32,646 nucleotides of DNA from assembly GCA_023231475.1 (NCBI GenBank), contig JALJEE010003100.1, positions 1 to 32,646 of the forward strand, written 5' to 3'. This document shows positions 1 to 12,376 of this stretch, piece after piece; the stretch's first letter is position 1; every line of letters begins with the position of its first letter. Origin of the DNA: Seison nebaliae. Lineage: Eukaryota. Made by a program: the position numbers and the translations under genes. A model generated the notes under the pieces. The model was not told where the DNA came from and did no database searches. It was given only the letters and a program-made list of their open reading frames with translations.

Positions 1-1
1 A

Positions 2-268
2 TGTTCTTCCAAAATTTGGAACTACTTCGTAAAAGAACAAAGCGGTCACAAATGTAACATATGTGGAAAACTCTATTCATCTACTACAGCAACATCTTCA
101 CTTAACGCCCATATTAAAAAGAAACATTTGTTTGATTTAGATGATATGACAGTTAATGAAGAAAAGTCGAGTGAAGTAGATTTAATTTCAAAATATGTTG
201 CTACTTCAAACGATTGTATAATGGTCTGTCCATTAGTTTTTCAATTTCTTCGGACTATTTTTTATTAA
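2..268 (+). mobile_element. BED zinc-finger coding fragment (hAT transposase N-terminus or ZBED-like), open at the window edge, probably truncated
   Basis: Frame from nt 2 reads SSKIWNYFVKEQSGHKCNICGKLYSSTTATSSLNAHIKKKH: W-x-x-F...CxxC...TSSLxxH-xxxx-H BED pattern; stop at 266-268 with no catalytic domain following. Not in the ORF track. Confidence 0.7.
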
Positions 269-596
269 GGAATAGACCGAATGAAAAATTTTTTTGTTAT
301 GGACTGTCCTTTAAACCAAAAAATTTGATTAAACCAAATTAAACCAAAAACAAACAAAACAAATTTATTAAAGGAAAGAAAAAATTTATATTCGCAATAA
401 AATGAAAGGAAACTAAATTTTATCGGGATAGAAAATTCGGTTTTTGACGGAAAAGCTTTTATGAAAGTATGTTTAATACTTAGTACCTTTCAGCTAAAAC
501 AATAACGACAACGAGATTTGCATTCTGAATCTTAAGCTTTATTGATTAGAGAATTATTATAAAATAATTAGCATGCTTTGTTCATAAACTTTATTT

Positions 597-3004
597 ATGA
601 GTTCAAAGAAGAAATTGAAGAAAGTTGAACGGAGTAGACTACCAGTGGAAGATGTTAGAAAAGAAATTATTGAAAAATTTCATCAAAATGATATGTTAAT
701 CATTGAAGGAGATACAGGATGTGGGAAAACAACGCAGATTCCTCAATATATCGATCAGGAAGTGAATGAACATTTATTCTCTTCGATCTCTTCAACGACC
801 AGAAAACGGAAAAAAAGATCAGATTTTAAACGTATTATAGTGACACAACCGAGACGTGTGGCGGCTATTTCCATAGCGAAGAGAGTTTCTTACGAACAAA
901 ATAAGCAACTGGGAGAAGAGATTGGATATGCAGTTCGATTTGATGAATGTCGATCGAAAACGACTCGATTAGAATTCCAAACTGATGGATTATTAGTTAG
1001 AGAAGAAGTTTTATCTAAACAAAAGAATCTTCAGAGATATTCAGTGATAATTGTGGATGAAGCTCATGAGAGAAGTATCCAAACTGATTTCTTGTTATCG
1101 ATTTTGAAACGATCGATAATGAATCGAAAATCGTCAGATGGAAATAAATTGAAAATAATCATAATGTCTGCCACATTAGATTCGAATTTGTTTCACACTT
1201 ATTTCCAAAATGATCAATTGAAAATTGATAAAATTCGAATCAAAGGAAAATTGTTTCCGATACAAACTATTTATCTTACTCCCACTCAAATCCCTTCACA
1301 AATTCCCAAAACTTCAATTTTACCAGATGGAAAAAAGAAAGTTGTATCACAAGCATTATTGCGAGAACGTCTCTTAGCTACAATGAAACCAACAGTAAAA
1401 ATTGAAGAAGAAAAAATGATGATTGACCGAGTAACTTGTTCTATTCGAATTATTAATAAAATTCACATGGAATCATCTGATTCGATTGAGGAAAAAGGAA
1501 TTTTAATATTTCTCACTGGACGTGATGAAATTGAGAGAGGTGTGAAATGGACGGAAAAATTGAATGAAACGAATAAATTGAAATATCGATTAAGACCATT
1601 TCCCTTATATGCTCAATTGTCATGCGACGAACAAATGGAAGCAATCGAATCAATTAATAAAAATGAGAGAAAAGTTGTATTTGCAACAAATGTTGCTGAG
1701 ACGTCATTGACAATTAAAGGTATTAGTTACGTGATCGATTTAGGATATGTAAAAATTCGACAATTCATTCCAGAACGAAATTTGGAATTATTCAAAATTC
1801 AATTGATTTCGAAAGCGCAGGCTATCCAACGTATGGGACGATGTGGTCGTGAAAGAAAAGGAATTTGTTATCGAGTTTATGACGAGAAAACTTTTCATAA
1901 ACTACCAAATAATCAAATCTCTCCAATAAGTTTATGTTCAAATGATTATTTAGTTCTTCAATTAATTTCGATGAAGGAAAATCCTTTGAATTTCGATTAC
2001 ATCGAATCACCAAATGAGAAATCACTTTTTACTTCGTTAGTCCAATTGATTCTGTTGGGATTCGTTACCTGTATAATCGATGAACAAATGGTTAATAATC
2101 AATCAATACATTTTTTCCAATCGGATATTGTAACTGATTCTGATATAAATTTCTTGAGAAAAATTAAATCATTCAAATTAACAGAAAATGGTAAATTGGC
2201 ATATTTGTTACCAGTAGAACCGAAACATGCGTCTTCCATTTTATTGGCATATGAAGCGAATGTGTTGAAAGAAATGATTAGCATAATTTCCGTTTTTTCT
2301 GTAGATAACATTCAGAAGAAAGTTTTTCATAATGATTCGAATGAATTGGAAGTTATTGGGAAATTCAATGAACCAGAAGGTGATCATTTCACGTTGAAGA
2401 GAATTTTGGAAGAATATAAAAAAATTCGAAATAATAAAAATAAAGAATCATATCAATGGTGTCGACAATATAATTTGAATAGAAGAAATTTGGAATTCGC
2501 ACTGAATGTCGAGAAGCAATTGAGTGATTCATGTTTAGATATTTTCAAAAATACTTATCTCAAACAACAAACTCGACCACTTCATCGAAGTGAAATTAAC
2601 AAACGATTAAGGTTTCCTTTATTCTCCTTTTACGATTAATCATCTCCCGTAAGACAATGTCTTCTTCAATCATTCGTTTTCAACACAGCTGAATATCAAA
2701 CGACAAACAAATATCGATTAGTTAGATGAAAATTTATTTTTATCTCAAATATTTTTCATTTTTTCAGACTAATCGAAATTGTCTGGCACGTATCCATCCC
2801 ACATCCGTCTTCCGTCAATGTCGACCTCTGTGCGTCTGTTATAATGAATATGTCGAATCGAATAATAATGTGATGCCATTCATTAAGGATATGATTGTCA
2901 TCGAGAAGGATTGGTTACGAGAAGCACTTCAGAAAATAAAGAAAAATGGTGAAAATGCAATTTCCATTAAATTCGACCAAACAGGAAAAAACTCAATGGA
3001 ATAA
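597..3004 (+). CDS. DHX33: DEAH-box RNA helicase, DHX33-like; 3 exons (introns 2612-2653, 2721-2767)
   Basis: Motifs GDTGCGKTT, TQPRRVAA, TDGLLVRE, DEAH, SAT, FLTG, TNVAETSLTI, QRMGRCGR; HA2/OB-type tail (EGDHFTL, ARIHPTSVF) restored by removing two GT-AG introns. Family is sure, DHX33 orthology is a best guess. Confidence 0.85.
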
Positions 3005-3414
3005 TTATTTCTTCACTTTCATTTATTCTTTTACAATTCCCATGTGTTTAAAAATATTTAAAGCTTTGATAAATTCATTTTGATAATAGATCTAATAACA
3101 TAAATTAGTCAAATGATGGAATTAAAGAATTTCTAAGAAGAATTTTGATTATGATCGAAATGTTAATATGATTTAGAAAAATTTCAATAGGAGAAAGGAG
3201 AGAGGGGTGTGCACATTGGAAAATAGCCTTAATTGTTAGAAGTAGGGAAAATGTGAAATAGGAAACATCTGAAGAGTTTGATGGAAATATGTGTAACATC
3301 TGTAAAGTCTTTCAAGGACTGAGAAATTATTGAAAGATAATTTCACTTATTTTTCTAAAGAAAATTTTATTTCCTCTTACGAGAAATGTTGAGTGAATAA
3401 ATACCAGAATTGGT

Positions 3415-6400
3415 ATGGGAGAAATTGGACGTAAATGTAAATGTTGTCACACGAATATCGATGAGACAAATCGAGTCAATTACGAATACGAGAAAGAGTT
3501 AATCAATGAAATATTATCATTTGACAATGATCCAATCGTTAGTAATGGAATGGTAGCGAATGACGAACTGGTTGCAGCTTTATACAATTTCCATACTGAT
3601 CTATTCCCAAATATTGATTTTGGTAAGAAACCAGAAGTTTTTTATCCGCGAGATCCGATATTCGACCGTTCTTTATTCATCTTTTCCAGAAAAAATTTAT
3701 TACGTCGATTTGCCATTGATCTGATTGAATGGCCACCGTTCGAATATTTCATTCTCATCACAATCGTTGTCAATTGTTTCACATTGGCATTAAATGATCG
3801 ATTAGCTAATAAGGATGAGAATATGATTTCTCAAAGTTTCGAAAAAACCGAAATTTATTTTCTGGGAATTTTCTTCTTTGAAGCAATGTTCAAAATCATC
3901 GCCACCGGTTTCATAGTAGGGAAGAATACTTATATGAGAAACATATGGAATATAGCTGATTTTATCGTCGTCTTCACCGGAATATTAACATTGTTTTTGA
4001 CAGTCGGTTCAATCGATTTAAGAATATTGAGAGCAATCCGAGTTTTACGTCCATTAAAATTAGTGTCTGGTATACCAAGTCTTCAAGTTGTCTTAAAATC
4101 GATTTTGCAAGCGATGGTTCCATTAGCCTCCATTCTATTATTAGTTCTATGTGCTATCTTAATATTTGCCATTATTGGGTTGGAATTATATATCGGCGTC
4201 TTCCATAGTACATGTTACAAGAATAATACAAGTTCGATTATCCAAATTTAAAAAATTTTTTTTCATTTTTATTTTCAGATTATTTATTGTTTGATAGTTA
4301 TAGTGATGCATATCCTTGTACAACTGGTAATAATCCGACTGCATTACATTGCGATAAACATTTCGATGACAGTTCAGCCGTATGTCTGAAACAATGGGAA
4401 TCCGGTCCACGAAATGGAATTGTTTCATTTGATAATATTCTCTTAGCTATGCTCACCGTCTTCCAATGTGTGACGATGGAAGGATGGACTGAAGTACTTT
4501 ATTTGGTAGATTTATTATCTAAATATAATTCTTCTCATTCTCTACCATTTCCTTCATAGACAGATGATGCTGTTGGATATTATTATAATTGGCTGTACTT
4601 CATAACTCTCATCATAATCGGATCATTCTTCTTATTGAATCTCGTTCTCGGTGTTATTAGTGGGTGACTGATTATTTATTGATTTTGTTAAGTTTATTGA
4701 TTTGAATTTTAGTGAATTTGCGAGAGAAAAAGAAATCGTGGAAAACCGTCGGGAATTCCTTCGAATAAAACGGAGGAGGTATTGGGACGGACAAACACAA
4801 GGATATTTACAATGGATTGAAACAGGAGGTGTTTTTTCATATGCTAAATTAGATATCTTTCAATTTTTTCATCAGAAAATTCTTTCATTAAATCTCCGGC
4901 AATTCCACCAACTGTCAGATATCGTGTCGTCCGAAATCAAAAAAGAATTCGACAACTACTTCACAGTTCGGCGGAGAATGATGATGAAAAATCTGATTCG
5001 AAAGTGAGGAAAGCAGTTTTAGCATCAGGTTCTTCCATTAAGTGATGAGAATGTGAAAATGAATTTTAATGAATTCGACAGAAGCGTCTTTGGAAGATAA
5101 GAAAGAATATTTTGAAGAAATAAACAAAGAAAAGAAATTTTCGTGTAGTAAATTTATTTGGAAATCTCGATTGAAAACGAGGAAATTTGTCAAATCTCAA
5201 TTCTTTTATTGGATTGTCATCATATTGGTGTTTATTAACACTCTATGTATTTCCTGCGAACATTATGGTCAACCAGAATGGCTAACGAAATTTTTATGTT
5301 AAATTTCCATCCGGACAATCTTATTTCAATGTTCTCTTTATTTTAGTTTGGGTGTCCATAATATTTCCAATATTATTCTCATTGGAAATGTTTCTTAAGA
5401 TGTACGCTTTGGGATTTAATGGATATTTTGGATCATTATTCAATCGTTTTGATTTTTTCGTTAGAATTTACTAAAATTTCATTTGTTTCAATTGTATTCC
5501 ATTTCAAGGTAGTAGTAGCAAGTGCAGTAGAGATTCTACTTCCTGAAGCGTCATATGGAGCGTCAGTATTAAGATGTTTGAGATTATTAAGAATTTTCAA
5601 AGTAACAAGGTTTCCGTTTTCTTCTTTTTGTATCGTCCACTATTCCAAATGAAAGATATTGGCATGCATTACATAATTTATTCGATTCGTTGATAAGTTC
5701 AATTCGTTCAATCGTGTCTCTATTGGTTTTGTTATTCTTATTCATTGTAATTTTTGCTTTATTGGGAATGCAAATATTTGGTGGAAAGTTTAATTTGAAT
5801 AATTTAATCTAATTCATTTAATTATTATTTAATCTAAATTTTAGAATGAACTTCCCATATGGTCGTCCATCGATCCATTTTGACGAATTTAGTATTGCTC
5901 TATTGACAGTTTTCCAAGTTGAATATTTTTAATTGAATTAAAATTTAATTTGATAATAAAAGGTGATAACTGGAGACGATTGGAATGAAGTTATGTATAA
6001 TGGAATCAAATCACAAATGGTGGATCCATTGAATGGAAATGGACCATGGACAGCATATCTCTCATCCATCTATTTCTTCATTCTTGTCATGTTAGGCAAT
6101 TGTTAGTTGATACAGTTTATATCAGTCGTTCAATTGGATCATTTGACAGATGCTCTTCTCAATGTCTTTCTTGCTATTGCCGTTGATAATTTGACGAATG
6201 CGGAAGCGATGACTGAAGCGGAAGAAGAATTGGCTAAAGAACAGAAAGAAGTTGGTCATTTTAATTCCATGTTATTCCAATGAAACATTTGGACTAGAAA
6301 GAAGAAAAAAATTTGGAGAATGCACAAAAACGTATAACAAAATCACATAAAGAGAAATCAGTGTCCAAGCAAAGATTATCGTCAATAAATGAAGGAGAGA

Positions 6401-9400
6401 GTGAAATTGAAGATGAAAGTTGTTTTGAAATGGAAGAAATGAGTTCGACGACTGCAGTTGGCGAGAATCAGAGAAAATCGAAAAAAAAAATTTTCAAGAA
6501 ATTTAAAAGAAAAAAGAAACGAAAATCTACGGACGCTGATGATGAAATTATCAATGTTCCTTATACTTCTTTCTTTTGTTTATCAACAACGAATCCGTTT
6601 GAAATTTTTCATTCGTGTTGAAACGAACTCTCTCTATGAACAATTTAATAGAATTCGACGCTTTTGCCATCACACAATTAGTCTCCATCATTTTGAGACA
6701 TTTATTCTCGCTGTTATTATTGCTTCGACGATTGCTCTGGCGATTGAAGATCCGCTGAGTGCACCAAATTCATTTAAAAATACGGTATTGAATCATTTCG
6801 ATTATGCATTCACAAGTATCTTCACATTAGAATTATTACTGAAAGTTTCTCTTCTCTCTTATAATTCGTTTACTATCAATTTGATTTTCAGATGATTGAC
6901 CAAGGACTAATTCTACATCCAAATTCTTATTTAAGAAGTTTATGGAATATTATCGACTTTGTTGTTGTTGTTCTTTCCCTCGTATATTTCATTCTAAGGT
7001 TTAGTGTTATTAAGATATATTTCTTTAAATTGATAATTAAATTTTTAATATATTTTCTTTAGATCACAAAATTTTTCGAATTTAAATACAATGAAATCTC
7101 TTCGAGTTTTTCGAGTATTACGACCGTTGAAGACGATCAAACGAATACCAAAACTCAAAGTTTCCTGAATAACTTTCTTGAATTCAAATAAAAACTTTTG
7201 TAGAGTGTGTTCGATGCATTAATTGGAAGTTTCGGCAGTGTCATCAATTTCCTAATTGTTTATTGTATTTTCACACTAATATTCTCGGTGGTTGCCGTTC
7301 AATTATTCTCCGGGAAATTCTTCTATTGTACTGACATTTCTAAGATGACTAAAGACGAATGCCAGTTTAAAATTCTCATATAGTTCTTCACCACTTTGCT
7401 AATCGCAACTTTGTTTTAGAGGTACATTTTTAAACTATGATGATACACAAAATTTCGATAATTTAATTCCAACTGTTACCAAACGAGAATGGATTCTTCA
7501 TGATTTTAATTTTAATTCAGTACCGAATGCATTTCTCTCATTATTCATCGTTCAAACGGGAGAAGGATGGGGAGATATTATAAAGAACTCTTTAGACAGT
7601 ACCAAAGTCGACCACGGACCAATTGAGAAATATAGTAAATGGACTGCAATTTATTATGTCATCTTTTTCGTCATCTTTCCTTTCTTCTTTGTCAATATAT
7701 TTATCGCTCTCATCATTCTCGCTTTCCAACGGCAAGGCGAGAAACAAGAGAATGAATTATTGAAGAGATTATGCGAAGATATACAAGACGAAATGACAAG
7801 TGTCAATGATACCATTTGGAGACCGACCATAATTCTACTCGATAAAAATGAAGTTCTCTTTCTATTAATTCCTCTCAATAAACTTCTTCATGTTCATCAG
7901 AAATCTTGCATCGATTTCGCCATAGCAGCTACACCAATTAAGGGATATGCACCTTTACATCGTTCCTTCCGATATCGCATTTGGAAATTTGTTATGTCGG
8001 AAGTATTCGATATCATCATTCTAACTGTTATCGTTCTAAATACAATAGTCTTCTGTATGAAAGTTAGAAACTTTTTACTCAATACTAACTGGACATTTAA
8101 GTCCCTTCGAAAATATTGAATGATATTTTATTGAAACAGAAAATTATTCAATAGTTGAACTGTAAATTAAATTTTTCAATGAAAAAGAAAGGAAAGAGAG
8201 ATTGTTAAACTGTATCGAGAAAAGTTAATGAAATTATTATTTCACTAAACGATCGATAATGTAAGTTTCATTTAATGGGAGGTCGGAAGTAGAATCATCA
8301 GATTCTTTATGACATTCATTAAATTGTTTTGACTGTCGATGGATGTCATTCCATACATCATAATAACAATTTAATGAACGTCTCCTCTTCGTTTGTGGAC
8401 GAGAGGAGGATTCGTCTTTCACATTCTCATGATGGAATGTTGTTGGCAGACTAACACGACGATTATGACGTAAATTATTATTGGGTTGATCATTTTCATT
8501 TTCTTTCTCTGATAAATTGACATAAATCGGATCAGACAATATTTTATTGTTCTCATTAGAACTTTCTTGTCGTTCTTTCTTATTTTGCTTGATACTTGAG
8601 AATATTTTTGATGGTTTCTCTAATAATGACTTCAACCTATTCTTTATATTTGAACACTTCTTTTCTTTCTTTTCCAAAATTTCTTTTTCATTAATCTTCA
8701 CTGATTCAATGGATGAAGATTTCCTCCTTTTTCTTGTCTCAATCTTCTCATACTCTCGTTCATTCTTCTCCGTCTCATTTACATTATTCGATGAACCACG
8801 AAGTCGTCGTTGTTTCTTTGGACGAGTATTATTACAACGATTCCTTTTATTGGCGAACCATGCTCGTACTTGTTGCATGGTAATGCCACCTTCACTAGCT
8901 AATCGTTCCTTTTCTACTTCGGAAGGATAAGGCAATTCTTCATGGTCTAAATACCAAGAATTCATTAATTGTACCGCTTTCTCCGGAAGCATCTTCTTAT
9001 TTTCAATGGGTCGAGTTGAAGCGAATGATGCACATGAGGATGGAAATAAATGATTTTGTGTTGATGATATAAAATGTTGTTGTGATTGTGCTAAGTGGGA
9101 ATGAGGAATGAATGAATTATAATTCGTCGAGTTCGTTGGCAACAAAGTGTTACCATCCAAATTCATATGCTGATGAGGGAAACCAGTAAAAAGAACATGT
9201 TGCAACTCTTCGGGTAAAAGACGTAGATAATGTTCAGAGTTCATGATTGATATGAATGGAAGAAATTCCTCAAATATGATTCTTTCTTATCTCGGCCACA
9301 GAGATATTTCCCAAAACTTTTTTTTCAAAAAAATTTTCTTTTCAATCAATTCTCAATTATATTTAGAGAAATGTTTTTTAGAAAAAAATTGAGAAAAAAA

Positions 9401-12257
9401 ATATTTTCAGGAGAAAAATAAAAATTTCGAATTTCTCTCTAAACGTTTCTCACTAAAAATTTCCTATTGAAAATGAAACGTTATTCATCAATATTGCGTC
9501 AAATATATTTTGTTTGTTGTTACTGGGATCGTGTTCGTCATTGTCGTTATAATTAGCGTTACAAAAAAGAAAAAAACGTCATTGCATGAAATTGTGATAA
9601 AGTGAAGATGAAAATCTAAACAAAAAAAAAAGAAAGTTCTTCAATCAGGGACAACCCCATACCTTTATTCGTTCGTTCTTCTCCCTTTCTCTCCCTTTCA
9701 AAAGTAATTTATTTTTTACACGAAAATCCTTATTATCTCTATGTATCGATGGAAAGAAAAAATTGAACATTCATTTTTAATGTCATTTAATTCAGTTTAA
9801 CATTGTTAAACCCTTTTCTCTTTTTTGTCCTACCCTTCTCTCGTCATAATTTCTTTATCACTTCTAACTATTATAACCTTACCACTGCTACTTGATTGTT
9901 GTAACCTCTGTTAAGAGATTATGTAATTATTTTGGTAAATCCTATCTCTCATTAGACGTTTACAACGAATGAAATTCATTCATTAATAACAATGAGACGA
10001 TGACCTTCAATTTACCAATCAATTAAATTTGCATAAATCTTCATAAGTTTTTTCACCTTTTTCCAAGTAGAGAAAGTTGTAGAAATGAAAAAAAATTATT
10101 TTAAAAATCTAAAAATTTTATGAAATTTGTTTCAGTTCTATCAACAACCAGATCAATGGACGGATATTCTGAAAATTCTCAATTACATCTTCACATTCAT
10201 CTTCTTACTGGAACTGATCTTAAAGATGATTGCATTCGGAAAAGTTTTCTTCTATTTTATTGAGAAGATAATTTTCCATCGAACAATATTTCTTCAGAAT
10301 TTTCATCGTGATTTATGGAATATTTTCGACTTAATCATTGTCGCCGCCAGTTTAGCAGATGTACTTGGGGGTTTGTTTTTAGTTAGTCAATTTTTTCTTT
10401 TTAAAGTGATAGAAATAATTATTATTTTAGACAAACGGTGTTAAAACTGGAGTTTTTCGAATATTTCGTGTTTTCCGTCTGGTAAAATTACTTCGAAAAA
10501 GTACCACCGTTCGTATGTTATTATGGACATTTCTCCAATCTTTGAAAGCATTACCATACGTTTGTCTACTGATGTTAATGTTCTTTCTAATTTATGCGAT
10601 TGTTGGAATGCAAATATTTGGAAATATTGCACTGGATGACGGAACGATGATCAATCGTCATAATAATTTTAGAACAATCTTTTCAAGTATTCGTCTTTTA
10701 TTCCGGTTGGATATTTTTACATAAAAATAACTATCAAAAATTATTATTAAATAAGAGTGGTAACTGGTGAAGGATGGCCATATATATTGATGGGTTGTTT
10801 ACCAGTTGCACCTTGTGACGAGAAAGTGAATGGTGAGAAAGGTTGTGGATCCAATTTCGCTTACATCTATTTCACCTCATTCATTTTCATCATGTCATTT
10901 ATGGTTTTCATTTGACTTTATTCCATTCACATTTATTGGGAAAAGATGTTGAATTTATTTGTGGCGGTTATCATGGACAATTTCGATTATCTAACAAGAG
11001 ACTCGTCAATTTTAGGATCTCATCATTTAGATGAATATATTAGAGAATGGGCAAAATTCGATCCCGAAGGAAAGTTAGAAATTTTCCGAAAAAAACATTT
11101 CCAATATCTTTCTTCTAAACATTTCAGAGGATATTTACATTATAAAAAGTTCGTTGATATGATTCAATGTTTGATGCCGCCATTGGGTTTTGGTAAGAAT
11201 TGTCCCAAACGTATCATGTATATGGTCTATTTCTATATAATAAAATTTTATAAAATAATTATATTTATAGAAATTAATTCGTATGAATATGCCTTTAACA
11301 AGAAAAATGAAAGTGAATTTCACCAGTTCGTTAATGGCTCTCATTCGAGAGTCGTTACAAATCGCTTATCCCAAACCAGGTTCTATTTCCTACCACACAA
11401 AAAGTTTATCTGAAGAAATTTGACAGGTGAAGACAGAAATAAAAGTGATAAGAATTTAAGGTTAACGTTAACACGAATGTGGCCGGAACAGACGAAAAAG
11501 CGAATGAAATTTTTCGTCCCAACATTTTCCAGTTTCTTTAATTTTCCTTCTCATACCAATCGGTAAATTTGTATATTAAAAGTGGTTGAAGATCCCAATC
11601 ATCGTCGATTGACTGTTGGGAAGATTTACGCGGGAAAATTAATATGGCAAAATTGGATAACGTACAAGAATGCTTTGCAGAAATTCTATGAAAAAAGGAA
11701 AGAAATGATGATGGTTTTCTTTTTGATAATTTAGAATAAAAAATTTTTAATAAATAAAGATGAAAAAATTCAATTTAAATGATACTATGTCGACATTATC
11801 GATTCTCAGTGATTATCAATATGATTCGGATGAGAATATGAATGAAGATTATCTCATTTTGAAAAAGAATAAATCAAAGATTCCTTCTCAATTTACGTCA
11901 TTCACCGATTCCACAACCACAACAATTTCGTCCAATGCGAAAACTTTCAAGACTAATTTTAAGAAGTTATTCTTCAAAGGCACCACCGTCAACAAACCAA
12001 TTAATCGAGGAACTATCAATCCAAATTTTGTGAATGATCGTCCAATTTACCAACTTCCACCCGTCACTCAAAACGATTCGAATGACATTCTCATTTTGAG
12101 AAGTAAGAAACCCAAACAGGAACTTGCGCCCGAAATTGACGATATTTGCCGATCAATGGCGAGAAGATTGAAGGAAAGAAATAAAATTCCGGAATCAATC
12201 CGGAAGACGCCGGAAATGGCATTATTCGCCGAACGAATGAGAGAAAGATATTTATAA
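3415..12257 (+). CDS. Cav2: Voltage-gated calcium channel alpha1 subunit, Cav2-type (cacophony/UNC-2-like), about 29 exons
   Basis: Four repeats with S4 helices ([62 protein letters not shown]), pore loops TMEGW/TGDDW/TGEGW/TGEGW, AID-like [42 protein letters not shown] and IQ-region TVGKIYAG. One continuous frame is obtained with 28 GT-AG introns. [21 protein letters not shown] and KIYA favour Cav2 over Cav1. Confidence 0.95.
8063..10135 (+). other. Large (2073 nt) intron of the Cav2 gene, hosting a nested antisense gene
   Basis: Channel IVS1 ends ...VFCMK at 8062, donor GTTAGA at 8063; acceptor TTTCAG at 10135 resumes [13 protein letters not shown] in frame. Confidence 0.9.
8237..9244 (-). 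CDS. TALE-class homeodomain transcription factor, intronless, 335 aa, nested in the Cav2 intron
   Basis: [55 protein letters not shown] loop with PYP and helix-3 WFANKR; basic NLS-like stretches downstream. Confidence 0.92.
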   Translation of the reverse strand: MNSEHYLRLLPEELQHVLFTGFPHQHMNLDGNTLLPTNSTNYNSFIPHSHLAQSQQHFISSTQNHLFPSSCASFASTRPIENKKMLPEKAVQLMNSWYLDHEELPYPSEVEKERLASEGGITMQQVRAWFANKRNRCNNTRPKKQRRLRGSSNNVNETEKNEREYEKIETRKRRKSSSIESVKINEKEILEKKEKKCSNIKNRLKSLLEKPSKIFSSIKQNKKERQESSNENNKILSDPIYVNLSEKENENDQPNNNLRHNRRVSLPTTFHHENVKDESSSRPQTKRRRSLNCYYDVWNDIHRQSKQFNECHKESDDSTSDLPLNETYIIDRLVK

Positions 12258-12376
12258 AATGATTTTTTATTAGAGTATAGAAATTATTTGGATTTTTTTT
12301 AAAAAAATCTTAATAAATTTCCATCAATCCATCTGAAATTTGAAAAGAATTACCTGAAAATTAATGAATATCGAAT

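Noticed and set aside
8547..8930. 127-aa plus-strand ORF and other short antisense ORFs (e.g. 12912, 16227, 25443, 25558, 31467)
   Set aside because: Shadows of real genes on the opposite strand; no independent motifs.
3415..12257. Channel fragments as pseudogene or alternative genetic code
   Set aside because: All breaks are resolved by short GT-AG introns under the standard code.
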